64,000 nt of DNA from Gnetum montanum (Eukaryota > Plantae > Gnetophyta), in NCBI GenBank assembly GCA_015680685.1, contig MNCI01002555.1, positions 196,971-260,970 on the forward strand, written 5' to 3'. Under the pieces are notes generated by a model. That model worked only from the letters and a program-made list of their open reading frames with translations, did no database searches and had not been told where the DNA came from. Shown in pieces: positions 1-13,589 of this stretch (its first letter is position 1; the number at the start of each line of letters is the position of its first letter). The translations under genes were made by a program, and so were the position numbers.

Positions 1-1668
1 AAAATATCTCTCCTAACTTTTCTCTCAAGTAACTTGACTAACCAATTAGAGAATTCCTTGCCCAACAAGTTAGGAGGTTTACTTGCCCAACAAGTTAGGT
101 AAGTTACAACAATTTTAGGTGGTTTTAACCACAAAAGAGATAAAAAAGGTTGTAATTGACAAGTGGCCTTGGTATAATATAAAATTAAAATACAATATAT
201 GTCCCTTTATTTTGCTTATTCAAATGAAAGGTCAAGTTTAAAATATCAAAAATATCTCAAATATCTTTCCCAACTTCTTTCTTAAGTAATTAGACTAACC
301 AATTAGAAGATAAGTTAGGAGAAGGTTAAGTAGTTAGGGAGTTATGCATAAAATGAGGAGCATTTTATGCTAATTTTAAAATAATGAGGACTTCATAGGA
401 TAATTAAAGTTGCAAATCTTTAATGGCATTTCATAACTTGGGATAATTGGAAGCAAGTCTCTAAATCAAGGTGCCACATTATAAGTATTTCAATGGTCAT
501 AATATGTGTATTATATATGGTTATATATGTGTATTATATATAAGCTATAGATTAATGTTTATTTTATATGTGCTTTGGTGCAAAGTTTGTGGTTAAAACA
601 TTGGTGTTGTATGTAAAAATCGCGCGTCACCGTGGAGGTTTTATCCGGTTTCAGGCAACGGCCTTTCTCCTTCTTTTTTGCCGAGAAACTACACCGATTC
701 AAACTATCCCCGCGCTAGAAGTCCGTGCAAAATCGTAACCGATGATCACCGCGGGAAAGGCCTTGCAACTGCAATCCGACTCCGCCGTGCCCTGCAACTG
801 TAATCCGACTCCGCCGTGCCCTGCAACTGCAATCCGACTTTGCCGTTGCGTGCTAGAGAAGAAAGGGGTTTCTTTTGAAAGATAACACGCCCAAAATAGA
901 GGGTTTAAATCGCCCGAACTGTTTCTGTTTTGCCCCCAAAATTGATTTAGGGCTTCCTGCGTTTTGTTCGAAATTTTTCCTTGAATCTTTACCGCCATTG
1001 CCACTGATTGTAGAACCAAGGGCCAACGTTCTATGGGTCTGTATTCTGCTGAAATTACCTGCAAAAACCTTCAGAATTGCCGCAGCCTCACCATCAAAAT
1101 CGCCACAACATATCCCTGCGTTTTTATTTCATGTGCGGCTGAATGTCACGCGACAGTTTGTGGGGTTTCTGTGCACAACGAACCAACAACGTCAATGGCT
1201 GCGGTGGCGTGGAGGGATGGATGCAGCATTGTTTGTTGGCCTGGCCATAGATTTATGGTGGCCATGGATCGTCCTGTAACACCGTGGTCTTCGTTTTCCT
1301 TTCGCTAATTCTGCACAATTTTGAACACTCGGGCGTGGCTGATTTTTGATTAATTCTCATTTCTTTTCCAATGTTGATACAACCGAATTTAATCCATTGG
1401 CAACTTCATTCTTTTACATGAATAACATACTTCCTTCCTTGCCATAGTACCAATTTCTGATTTTATCAAGAAGATAATTTGGCACCTTTATCTTTTATTC
1501 AGAAGGCTTTAACATCATCATTTTTGTTTACCAGTGAATCAATCTTATAAAAACAAACACCCATGAACCTTCAACACTAAAGCTGTAATTTACCCATAAC
1601 CATAGATTCCTCCAATATTTTGAATAAAGTATTTTAACTGCTCCATGGAATGGCCAAATGTGCCAACA
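1..1668 (-). mobile_element. Family A LTR, copy 1 (U3 part only, truncated by window start), inserted in the RT of element E
   Basis: Ends CCATGGAATGGCCAAATGTGCCAACA like copies ending at 47335 and 57323. Positions 1-200 resemble the TATA-proximal blocks at 44900-45160 and 55515-55640. Abuts RT codons (Y-Q-Q-T-M-T-Y-I-F-S-D-Y) at 1669. Confidence 0.85.
764..848. repeat. 29-bp tandem repeat x3 (TGCAACTGCAATCCGACTCCGCCGTGCCC)
   Basis: Copies start at 764, 793 and 822 with 1-3 mismatches. Confidence 0.9.
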
Positions 1669-4368
1669 ATATCAGCAAACAATGACATACATCTTTAGTG
1701 ACTATATGCTTAATTTTCTCAATGATTATGTAGACAACATCACGGTCAAGTGAAAAAAAACTGAGCAACACGTCAACAATTTAGACTTGGTACTTAAATG
1801 TTGTCTCAAGTGTGAGCTTAGACTTAACCCAAAGAAATGTGTTTTTGGAGTCAAAATAGGAAAAATGCTTGGATTCATAATATCTAAAATAGGAATATGA
1901 GTAGATCTTGATAAGGTTAAGGTAATAACAAATTTGAAGCCACCGAGAAACCTTACTAAATTACGCAGTCTACAAGGTAGATTACAATTTATTAGGCGCT
2001 TCATTGAAAAGCTAACAGATAAGTTGAAGCCCATGCAACATTTATTGTGCAAAAATGTCCATTTTCGGTGGACTCAATAGTGCCAAGAAGCATTTGAGAA
2101 CATTCCCCCATAGAACATTTATTGATGTTCTCAAATGCTTCTACATTTACCTTGCGACAGTTTATCCCCCATAGAACAACAAGCCCTTATACATTTACCT
2201 TGCGACATCGGATTCATCTATCACATCTATGCTTTGTCAGAAACAAGAAGATGGAACCAAAATCCCTGTCTACTACCTAAGCCATGCCTTAGTGGTCCAC
2301 GAATAGAGATACAACGATGTGGAGAGGTCATGTCTGGCCCTTACCTTTTCCTTGAAGAAATGGTGACATTATCTCTTCCATAACCAAGTCAACATTATTT
2401 GTAAAGACAATGTGCTCAGAGCTATCGCCAATAACATTTATCAATCAAGCAAGATAGCTAGATGGAAAGCGATGATTGCTGAGTTTTACCTACGCTACAT
2501 AGCTCAATCTTCCACAAAGGGTCAAGTAATAGTCAATCAAATGACCATCTCACCGATGCAAGACCAAGCAACGATCAACCCTGAGTTCCCTAATGAGAAT
2601 GTGAACACCTTAGACACCATGCCTGACAACTACGATGTAATACTACACTTTGATGGAGCATCGATCTCTGGAGGAGGAAGTGCTGCAGCCATCATAACCA
2701 ATCCCTCTAAAGAAATTTGATCCTCTACCTATCAATTAAACTTCCCTTGCACCAACAACGTGGCGGAGTACAAAGGTCTTCTTAGAGACTTATGGTAGCA
2801 CTAGCTTTAGGAATCACATGGCTCGTAGTTCGAGGTGATTCACAGCCGGTAATCAATCAAGTCACAGATGTTTTCACATGCAAGGCTTCACATTTACAAC
2901 CATACTGTGAATTAACTAAACACTTGCTGAAATAGTTAACAAAAATAGATGTACAAAATGTTTCCAGAAATGAAAAAACCATTACAGATGCACTTGCAAC
3001 ACTAGCCTTAAACATGGCACCTGACATGTTTCATGCGTTGCTTAGTTCCATAATGAACTGCATCAAACCCATAACTGACACTCCCGATGACATACCTATA
3101 GCATCAGTTGGTACCACACATGTAGTGGAATGGTATGATGACATAAAATAGTACCTTCTATGTGGCAAATCGCTACAACATCTAATGAATGCTCAAAAGG
3201 ACGCGGTGCGAAAACGTTCTCGATAGTATGTGCTAACAGGAAACATGTTATGTCACAGATCCTATGAAGTCATTTTGTTAGTATGCGTTAGTAGCATCAA
3301 TGGTCACACGATTGTGGAGCAAGTTCATGAAGGACTTTGCGGAGGACATATAGCACCCAAGGCAATGGCAATGAAAATCAGATGTTTAGGCTATTATTGG
3401 CCACACATGGAGTACGATTGTTTCTTCAAGGTCAAAACATGCAACACCTATCAAAAACATGGTAATTTAATACATGTGCCACCGAATGAGTTGCATACAA
3501 CACAAATCACATGGCCTTTCCAGAAATGGGGGTTAGACATCATTGGACCGATAACCTCCCCATATTCGACATGACATAGCTTCATCATCACCGCAACTGA
3601 ATACTTCACAAAATGGGTAGAAGCTATCTCCCTTAGAAAAAAACATCCAAATAGGTATGCAATTTCATACTCAAAAACATTGTAACCCATTTTGGTGTTC
3701 CAATGACCATAATCACTGATAACGGGCCATAGTTTAGTAGTGTCGAAACCAAAAACTTCTATGTGAGCTTAGGCATCAAACACTCATTCTCATCACCATA
3801 CTACCCACAAAGCAATGGTCAAGCAGAGTCCACGAATAAAACTATCATCATGGTGCTCAAGAAAATGCTTCATTAGAGCAAAAGAAGATGGCATGAACAA
3901 CTAGTTTACGCACTATGGGCATATCAAACGATGCATCAAACTTCCACAGGTAAAACACTCTATAGCCTCATTTATGGATCAGAAGCTATTTTACCTTTAG
4001 AGTTGTAGGTACCCTCATTGCGGATCACTCTTTCTAGACTCCTCGATGAAGGTCAAAATGACGAATTGCACATCGTTGACCTTGACTTGGTGGAGGAAGA
4101 ACGTACACGCATGTTGGATCAAATTGAGTGGTACCAAAAACAACAATGATGACGACATCAACATAACATACACAAGCGTCCAATCAAAGAAGGTGACCTT
4201 ATTCTCAAGATGGTCTGTGAACACTCAGAAAAATTCTCAACCAACTAGGAAGGACCTTAATTGGTTACGAAGGCATACGACAACGGAGCATTCAAACTCA
4301 CCGACATGGATGGAAATGAGTTCTCCAACCCTAAAAATCACATGTACTTGAAACCATTCTACATCTAA
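1669..4368 (+). pseudogene. pol: pol of element E: RT (C-terminal part), RNase H, additional RNase H (aRH), integrase
   Basis: YVDNITVK and LNPKKCVFG (RT); ILHFDGAS...TNNVAEY...VRGDS (aRH); VHEGLCGGH...GYYWP..C..C and WGLDIIGP...ATEYFTKWVEA...YPQSNGQAE (INT). Many stops and frameshifts; stop TAA at 4366-4368. Confidence 0.95.
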
Positions 4369-4394
4369 TAAACTTAAGGTATGCACCAGTCCTA

Positions 4395-4700
4395 GCACCA
4401 TGACCTAAAACTGATACCACAGAACTTCCTGGAGCTATGACTTAAAAATAGCACCACAGAACGTCTTGGCATCATGATGGTAAACTGATACCATAGATTC
4501 GTTGTCTGGTATGACATTAAACTGCCACATTTTTATCTGTCAAATTTTGCTAAGACTATAAACTAGCTTGCTTCTTCACAGTCCGCCACGACTATAAACT
4601 ATCATTGCACCATCCACTACGATGTTAAACTAGCAATGTCCAAAGGGTTATGACATAAAACTAATCCATGACAGTCTGCTAAGACTATAAACTGGCAACA
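4395..4700. repeat. Degenerate ~30-40-bp tandem array after pol (core ATGACnnTAAACTRG)
   Basis: Recurrent CATGACCTAAAACTGAT, GACTATAAACTAGC and GATGTTAAACTAGC units. Confidence 0.75.
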
Positions 4701-5764
4701 TCATCATTAGTGCATTGATCTGTTGCTGCAATCAACAACTTGTCTTCATCTAAAACCTGCTGCATGATTCACCATGTGGACTCTAATGACACTGATGTTG
4801 CTCATTTTGTTTGCCTGAAGTTTAACACGCTGCCTCCGTCCCATCGGTGGTATTCATGTTTAAAGTGTTTTAAGCTAACATCACTTGTGGTTTTCTTATC
4901 TTCTTGGAGTTGTGTTGGTAGGATGACACTTTGAGGTATTCGCACACAGATGCACTTCATCACAATGACAAGGTACCACATTGCTCCTGATGCATACAAT
5001 TGGGTTAATCAATCTGCTCATAAGTACATTCCCAGTTTCCGATGCATCCCCTACTCTCCGTCTTGTTCTCCTTGACCTACTCAGTTACATCTCCCTGATG
5101 CCATATTCATCCCAAGACTCTCGATACACTATTGCACACTGTGATTTTCTAGGTAGTTGCAACGCAAAAAGAAAACGAAAAAACATAGTACACGGTATGT
5201 GACACAAAATGCAAGCGCTTGAACACGAGCAAAGCACAAAATTAGGCTCTTTCAAGAAAAATTAAAAAAAATCAAAGAGCAAAATGTAATCATAAGGCCA
5301 TTGGCTCTTCTCATACAAGCCCCATGTGGGAAGGCAGTTGTCTTGATAAAAAATACTCGCGTCTCAAACAATCATGATGCACCACCTCATCACATGGCTT
5401 TGGCTATTGAAAACGGGTTCTCTTAAACATGATATAAGGGTCCCATGCCTCCAAAGGATGCACCTCCCATGCCTTGGTCCCAAGTTTGCTAGATATTGGC
5501 TATTGACAAGGACCAACATGACTTGTTCACAAGAGCATTCCTCTTACATAGTTGAACAAAAAAATCCCTTGATCAATCCCTGATCCCATAGTTACAACCT
5601 CTTTCCCATGCATCTCAAAACTTCAGTTCCCAATCCAATGTACTTCTGAATATGGTGTGATGACATCTATCCAAGTGCCTGATAAACAGTGCTTGATGCC
5701 AAGTTGCTAGTGGTGTTTTGTACTTCTTTGTCGATGCTTCTTGGGTGGATTCCTCTAGGCGTCA

Positions 5765-5779
5765 ACAAAGAGGGGCCAA
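5765..5779 (+). promoter_or_regulatory. Polypurine tract of element E
   Basis: ACAAAGAGGGGCCAA directly before the TG of the LTR; same motif at 59407-59421. Confidence 0.85.
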
Positions 5780-7574
5780 TGAAGAACACCATAAAAAATT
5801 TTGGCCTAGCACTTTTAGATAGGACTCAAGCTAAGTCATGCCACTGCCCAACATGAGTACAACATGACCAACATTTGGAGCCTTAAGATCAGGTCCAAAC
5901 AACCCTGATTTGAGCACACAGGCCCTCCATGAGCTTCACCGATGCCCCCTGTAGCTCCCAACCTTTGGAACCTTAAAATTTGAGCTTAGAATCACATGTT
6001 CTAAGCCACTTTCAATTAGCCACGCTAAGGTCATGCTGCACAGCGTGACCAAACAAGAACAGCTCAATTCAGGCACCTCTAGGCAGAATTTTGGCATGAA
6101 TTCAACTCCTAGGAGGTAGGCAGCAATTTTACATGTTCACAGGCTCCATAAAATTGAAATTTGGGCCTCAAAAATGGCATTTTTAGTTAGTCACGCTGAG
6201 GTCACGTTGAGGCCACGCTGCACAGTGTGACCACAACGTGACCAAATAAAAGATAACCAAAACAATAGTAAAATGAGGTCAAATTTAGTATCCAGGAAAC
6301 CCTAGAGAGAAGGTAGTAGTTGAGCATCAAAAAGCAAGCATCAGCATCTGAAAATTAGCTTAAAATAGGGCACAAACACTTGGTCATGCTGAGGTCATGC
6401 TGGGCAGTGTGACCACAATGTGACCAACCAAAAGTATGTCAAAAAGCCTCCAAATCAGCTCAAAGTAGACATGCAGAACCCTCTCGAACTCAAGCATGTA
6501 GATCCACTTTGAAAATGGGTTTCATAGGTCAAAAATGGGCTCAAAATGCATCATAAACATTGGACACACTAATGGTCATGCTGGCACGCTGACACTAGCA
6601 TATGCACAGTGTAAACACTTGGACACGCTGCACGCTAACATGTTGGGACATCGGACGCTAGACGTTGATGCCAAGACATGTTGCAGACACACCAGAGCTA
6701 GATCCATGCATGTTGGAGGCCTTGGTGGAGCAAAAATAGCATAGATCTATAGATTTGGAGGTCAGACATCTAGATCCACTCCTGTACTTTAACATTCTTT
6801 GTACATCTTGCATTTTTTAGCGTATCAAGCTCTTACGCTATGGATTACACATGCCAACATAAGAGATCTTGGTCACACCACATCCTGTACATTGTAAAAT
6901 TCTATGCATCTGGTCAAAATGTTCACACCTATCGCTTGATCCACATTTCCCACATCCGGTAATCATTGATCTTCCACACAGATCTGAATCCTATGCTCAA
7001 ACCTGCATAAATACCCCGATCTCACACTAAACTATGGTTGGTAATTTTGGGAGAAGGGAGATCTAGAGAGTTGGTGAATCTCATTATCATTATCTCGTAC
7101 TATTGGGCATTACCTAGACTTGATCACGCTAAGCACTAGGGACAATTCTGGGCACGCTGCACACCTGCAACCAGGAACTTGCGATCCCCCACCATCCGTA
7201 TACCCTTCACATTGGGGCTAAACGTCCACCTTGCGGCGCATCCACAACTACATTCTAACTGGTGCAATTTCTGTACTTTTTAATACAAACAGTTCATTTT
7301 TTCCCGCAATTGTTTGTGATTTTCATTTTGCACACATTCTATGCTATTTTCACTTTATTCAAACAGTTTACGCTTGTTTATGTACATCACGTTTAGTTTA
7401 CATATTTGTTTATGTATAACCCAACGCATTGCAATGTGCATACGTTAGGGGAAGTCCTTGTTTGATTTATGTGCAGAACATTCTAGGCACTCTACCTTCG
7501 TTTATTTCTAGCTTGCCCTCACACGAAGGTGGGGCCTTACTATGTTTTCCATAGATCTCTCGGCGTCTTTTTCA
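5780..7574 (+). repeat. 3' LTR of element E (~1.8 kb)
   Basis: Begins TGAAGA after the PPT and ends TTTTCA. TATA-like CATAAATA near 7006; internal CACGCT/AGCGTG repeats. Right end inferred because no second LTR is in the window. Confidence 0.7.
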
Positions 7575-10500
7575 TTCCAACCTCATGTTGACATTTTTAG
7601 ATGATACAATGCTAGGAGTGTAGTCTTACTATTGCCTTTGCTATTGCTACTAGTTGAGAGCATAGTGATGGGAAAGAAGATGTTCTAAAGTGCACACCTT
7701 CACCTAGGGTTAATGAAGGTCATTGAGGGGAAGAGGACACTAAGCCGCTTACCATAGGTGCATGTTGAGGAGAGGAGGCCATCTGCATCAACAAGGTATG
7801 TCAACTATGCTCTCCCCTTACTTCCATTTTATTTCTTGTTTTTTTCATTTCATAAGGGTTTGGGGACCGTAGTCTTGTAGCATTGCCTACTTGCCCTGTT
7901 ATGGTGGTGGCCATCATAGCCATGTGCTATTTGTGGTGTAGCATGGTGTTAGGGAGGGTTTTCTGCCTTTGTTGGGGTATCTCCACTAACTATTCTCTAG
8001 AGCATAACACCTAGGGGGGGTGGAAGTCTACCATAGGGGATAGGAATTTTTTTTGTTGCTTTCTTCTTTTGGGTCAAAGTAAGGCATGGGGTCCCAAGGA
8101 CTATTCTTTGTGATGCGGCTATAGGGGACCACTACTGACATTGGCGTTGGCGTTTGCTAGTGGCGAGAGTTGCTAAGCCTAGTATGGTAGTAAGGGGAAA
8201 GGTGGGAATTTGTCTCTATGTTTCCATTTTTTCAATTTTGTAAGGACAACCCTACATACCATGCTTTGGGCCACAGGCATAGGGCTGTTGCCTCCATCAA
8301 TGCAATTTGGGATTTTGTGGGTTGTGGGTGCTATCGTGGAGAACTCTACCATGTGTTGCTTCCACCTTATTGTTGGCTACCACCTCTCCTAAACATAAGG
8401 GTTTGAACCTTGTGGGATTATGCTATGAAGATTTTGGATGTCTACTTGGTGCTTTGTGCTTGCATTGGGAGTTTCTATGGATTGTGCCTTAGGCAGTGAC
8501 AATGAGAGAAGGGAGAAGGTTATGGTAGGACCTGGTAGTGTTGGAAGGTGTGATGTTGTGTGGAAACTATGCTTTCCACGAATGTGGTAGGGTGTGACAG
8601 AATGTGTTATTAGCTAGGAATACACTCTTCACACATTGAGAGAATAGTTATTGAGTTGATGCTAAGTATTCACAAAAATGTCTATCAATTTTGAACTACA
8701 CTCTCCATGCACTAAAGCTTACTTGGGGTAGTCTAGAGTTAGCCAAAATTTCGTTAGTCATGTGCAATGCTAAATCTAAAAAATGTGATATATCCCAATG
8801 AGTGCAAGACATATCAAATGAGTTAATTGACATCCTACACATGCAGGGCCCTAGGGTGTATTGTTAAAATTACATATTTTGTTAATTTATGTTGGTAGTT
8901 TATTGTATGTATGTCAAAATATGCATTTATGCATGTATGCTAATGCTTTTCCTATTGCTTAATGACTGCAGGGTGCTATTGAAGCCCATTCTAATAATGG
9001 TTGAGCTTGTGGGTGTCCTATGTTGCATGAGGGAACCCATCCCCAACAACCCTACTCTAAATATGTGAGTGGATTACTAGGTGGTGTGGTTCCAGCTAGG
9101 AGCTTAGGAGTTCCTAGAGTACCTATTGCAAGAATTCAATGTGATCATGTGGTCACACTTGGTAGTTGAGGTTGCTAGTGCTATCACTGAGATGCTGCTA
9201 CCTAGGGCTAATTAGAACATTCTGAAGTTCATATCGGATGATTTTGCTACCAACATTGATGGGGTAGGAGGCTTAAGCAAAGTATCCAAGGGTGTTTGTT
9301 AGCTATCTAGAGTATGGTGCATGATGAGGCTTACTTGTTATAATAAGAGAAACACCCTTTTTTTTGGGCAATGGTTGCATACTCTATTCTAAAACCCACA
9401 TGGAACCATCTATTATGTCAAAGGATAAGTGCTTCTATGGCTCTTGTAGTGTTTTATGCTACTTGCTCATGTTGCTGATAGTTCTATGGTTGATGCTAGG
9501 TTCAAAGTTAATGAAGATGACTTGCATGATGATCTAGATGCTTTGGCCTTAGCCTGCACTACCTTAGATGTATTTTCATCAAGCACAAATGTTTAGGTAG
9601 TCGTGATTGAGTAGCTAGGGCATGATCTAGAGATCTACATCTCTCATCACTTGAAGGCATATGAGTAATGCAGGATCCATGGATGATTAGATGAGGAGTG
9701 GGTTGCTAGTAAGATTAACACTAAGGAGGCGTCTATAGCACCACCTCCATCTTGTACTCTATCCATGCCATATGTGTACCTACATTTTTCACTGATGTGC
9801 TTATGTATATGTCCTTTGGTTTGGCTTATTTTCATGATGAAGTGCTAACATTATTTTTCTTTGTGTTGCAATGGCAGTTGCCTTAGCTAAGTGATAGTGG
9901 TCACTACGAGACACACAAAGGCCACCCTCATCATGAAATATGGGAATCTAGAGGGTGCACAACACTGGCTATGCCATAAAATGTCAGATGTGTTGATGAC
10001 TTGGCTCATGCATGTTGGGTTAGTGGACCTATTTTTGGCCCTTAGCGTGAGTATCCCAGTGGTTGAAATGGTCATCATCATTGACTCCTTTAGCAACAAT
10101 GTTAAGTAGTTTGTCACCTAGATGCATAGCATGATGGTAGTATTGGATCTTAGTGAGACCTTCTTTGCTGATATGTTTGGCATCCTTGTTGATGGCCTAA
10201 TAATTGTTGATAAGGCTAGTAGGGAGGTGGACCATAGAGAGAAGATTAAGGTTTGGTTAGGGGCCACTCGATCTCACAAAGGAATATCAATCAAAGATGT
10301 GTAGGTGCCTAAGGTGTGGGAGATCTACCCTCTATTCCATGCTCATGCCTTTTCAAAGTTTCTTATCCAAGGAAAGATCCTAGGGGTGGAATAGGCATGG
10401 GTGACGAAAGAAGTACTACTAGAGGGTATGAGGTTTAATTGGGCTAGGTACATAGCCACTAGGCTACATGCAGAGATTTCTAATCTTCAGTTCAACCTCC

Positions 10501-10774
10501 AAGAAAGGCCCCATGTACACTTTTCATTCTTTGCAAGATATCTACGAAGGTTCACAAAGCTTCTGGTCATGTAGGATGATGCATAATGGATGGTGTAGGA
10601 TCATTAGTAGTGGTCTAGGCCATGGATCAAACACATGTTTTTGACCACAAGAACATAGGATCCCCTAGAGGGGGTCAATGAGTTGCTATTCATAATGACC
10701 AAGGTTCCCATGGGGCACTCATATTATTCATGCGATAGTGTAGGTGAGGGTCCTTCATTTGGCATTAAGGACAT
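7575..10774 (-). mobile_element. Element D fragment 1 (internal spacer and first part of the antisense gene)
   Basis: Reverse complement is homologous to element C 42000-43600 and, more weakly, to its upstream spacer near 48700-50050. Reading continues across TSD GACAT at 27603. Confidence 0.8.
8972..10774 (+). pseudogene. Element D antisense accessory gene, 5' exons: FCP1/NIF-like domain (8972-~9424) and plant-transposon-type domain (~9877-10774)
   Basis: Acceptor ACTGCAG|G. Translation VLLKPILIMVELVGVLC...VVWFQLGA*EFLEYLLQEFNVIMWSH...LSRVW...YNKRNTLF; later EGMRFNWARYIATRL. Confidence 0.75.
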
Positions 10775-12034
10775 TGTAACAACAGAAAACATCGATTGCT
10801 AGAAACACCGAGAGGATTTCCATGTACACAGTTCCAACCCCGAATCCATGCGAGGGCCGTGTTGAAGAAAATGGATTCGAGGTGCCTTAAATGGTCTTGT
10901 CGATCAGATAGGAACTTACTTAGTCAGTAAAATCATTAACAATCGTGTAACGAGGCAACAATTTAATACAAGAATATAATATAATATCGATTGACAAGGA
11001 AACAAGATCTGCTCCAAGATCTGATCCTGAAGGAAATCAAGACGATGTAAACTATGAAAAATGATTGTACAATTCAACGTAAATAGGGCACAATGAATTG
11101 GACTTGGAACATGCGAGATCCCAAGTTTGGCATCCACATTATAGATAAATATAAAGAATACAACAAGATTTACAAGCGGACTCTAGTTTGGACAAAGTAT
11201 CTGTTACCAACAAGAAGCTATTTAGAGATTAAATAAGCAAAGGCCAATCTACCTTGTTCACTAGCCAATCTGGGTGCAAGGGAATTAGACTCGAAGCAAA
11301 GTGTTTGCTTACTTGAAATCTCTAGCCAAAAGCTTCTCTCTACCACCGTTGATGCTCTTTTGTTGCCAACTCTTTCTTGCCTTCTTCGTCAATCTTTGCC
11401 AAAAATTGCCAACCCTTTGAGCATTGTCCGCTGGCGTATTTATAAGATTAGGTTTAGGATAAAAATGTGGTTTAGATGAAGCATGTCCTAGGCTCACAAA
11501 ATGCCATTGACCTGATATGCTGTAGCTGAGGCTTGTGATGTTATGTTGTGCTACATTCTGAAGCGTAGTATAGCGTAACCACCCTTGTCTTTAGTGTTGA
11601 TAGACTCTTCGGTAGTGAACTATCCCGTGGCTACGCTTTGATATGCTAGGAAGTGTATCCTAGTGTAATGACCACTACTACTTGAATTTTGTTATCCTTG
11701 TTGCTATGGCTAACTCAGCTATGCTACTCACTTGACGCTACGTTACGCTGCATAGCGTAACGCGGCGTAATATGTCAAAAGTTAAGATATTTTGGAACAT
11801 GACTAACTTGTAAAGTTGGAGTGTTGTCACTGTGCATCCCTTGTTCTATTTTGTCCTCCTAAAGTTTGCTACACTGAGCTTCGTAGCGTAGCGTAGCAGG
11901 CCCTTAGCCAAAAAAGAAAAATTACTGAGATGTACTCATCGCCCGAATGTTTTGATGCTGTACTTATGAAGATCCTTGCCTAAACTTTAAGACTTTGCTG
12001 AATCACTGAGGTCTTGAAATTTCATGATGTTTCA
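10775..12034 (-). repeat. 3' LTR of element B
   Basis: TGTAAC...GTTTCA on plus; aligns along its length with 26331-27597; TATA (minus-strand CTTATAAATA) near 11437-11446. Confidence 0.95.
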
Positions 12035-12047
12035 ATAGCCCCTTTGT
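12035..12047 (-). promoter_or_regulatory. Polypurine tract of element B
   Basis: Minus strand ACAAAGGGGCTAT immediately before TGAAAC. Confidence 0.8.
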
Positions 12048-13199
12048 GTTGATGTTTGGAGGGCTTGCTTGCGGAACATCAACAAAGAATGCGAAACACC
12101 ACAGAGGTAAAGATGCTAGCACCATTCGTTGGTTGCTTCTCGGATGTTGTTTTGTCAAACCTAGGAGTGCAAAGGTTGGAAGCGCAAGGGGCGGAAGAGG
12201 GATTTTACAAGTGTGAGTGAGAGGGAGGTTTCGGGAAGACTCAAGCATGAATAGGATACTTTGTAAACATGTTATCGGGTAACTTCTTGTAGGTATTTTC
12301 ACGAGAGGCTACGTTACTGTATTGTATATGTGGGACTTTCCTGGGCGAGTTGTGTTTCATCAATTTTGCCTAGATTTGTCCATTTTTTTTAATAGTTGCA
12401 TTCCATGAGGCGAGTTGCGTTACACCTGTTCATGGATGTGATGGTTATCATGTGTGAAAGGCTTTTTTATGCTTGCATTCTATACAAACGGGGGGAGAAA
12501 GTAAGGGTGGGTACAAGAATAAGAGAGGAAGAAGGTAAGATAAGGTGTATGGAGGGGAAAAGCAGGGTCTACACTTCCAAGCAGTCAAGCTAGTCTGAGC
12601 AGCCACCTCAAAATGTTGTGATACCTCGCCCTCCTAGTTAAAGCATTTTCAAACAATGCTATCATAACAAGTAACCTAAAAAATGCAACAAAGTGCAAAA
12701 AGCAAAAGCAACTATCCTAACTACTGGGAGGCTATTGAAATAAGTGTCGTCCAAAGCAGAAAGGGAAGCATAGGCCATGGAGAGGGTACCATAGCAAAAA
12801 GACAAGGGTCCCTTTGTCAACACCACTGCTAAGGAATTCGCTATCAATAGCCAGATTCATCTTATCCATCTGACTAAGTAGGGAACTAGTTAGATGAATC
12901 TATGAAGCCAGAGTTTGGTGGCGGTAGCGGTTGGAGGCAACCAAGGTTATAGATGACCATAGTTTCCTTGGGGCTCCAATTGGCGATGTTGACCTTGGGA
13001 GCTGTAATTACTGAGTGGCCATTGTAGCAGCATCTCTAAGGGATCAATAGTATGCCTTTTGGCATATATGAGGAATTAGTAGGATGCTAGGAGATAGCGA
13101 TGTTGCTTTTGTTCCAATGCCCTACCCATTCTGTCTAATAGGGATGTCATGCAAGAATGATCATGTCTACTTGTTTCATGGATGGTCTATTCGCAGATC

Positions 13200-13560
13200 C
13201 CAATTTTAGGTCTTGGTAGATCATCGTTTCTAGTTTTAAGTCCCAGTGGACCATAGTCCCAATTTAAAGTCTAGGCAAACCGAAGTATGCTAGTTTTACA
13301 TCGTAGCGGATGGTCGAGGAGCTAGTTTATGGTCCCAGCAAACTGTGTTTTGGGTGTTAGCTTTTGGTCGTGACCTAGGGAAAAATCTGTGCTAGTTTAG
13401 TATCTTAGCAAATGAAGGCTTACCTCACTAGTTTTGCATCATGGTGGATGGTCGAAAGCTCTACCAGTTTAGCGTCATGGCAGACGCATGCAAGAAATGC
13501 CAATTTTACGTCGTAGCGAACGTGTAAAACACTGCCAATTTTTTATCATAGCAGACATGT
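13200..13560. repeat. Tandem array after pol in element B
   Basis: Repeated CTAGTTTT(A)nGTC...G units, the reverse complement of the TAAACTAG core seen in E and C. Confidence 0.7.
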
Positions 13561-13589
13561 GTTACCTTGCATTTAAGCAAAGCTAACAT

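Larger units (their letters stand above)
1669..7574 (+). mobile_element. Element E: 3' half of a Ty3/gypsy Tat-clade LTR retrotransposon
   Basis: Decayed pol, then tandem-repeat array, PPT and LTR. Sequence after 7574 is element-D internal sequence. The 5' end and TSD lie outside the window. Confidence 0.85.

Noticed and set aside
699-1308. Overlapping 91-134 aa ORFs as real genes
   Set aside because: No recognisable domain; likely chance ORFs in GC-rich LTR cargo, partly created by a 29-bp repeat.
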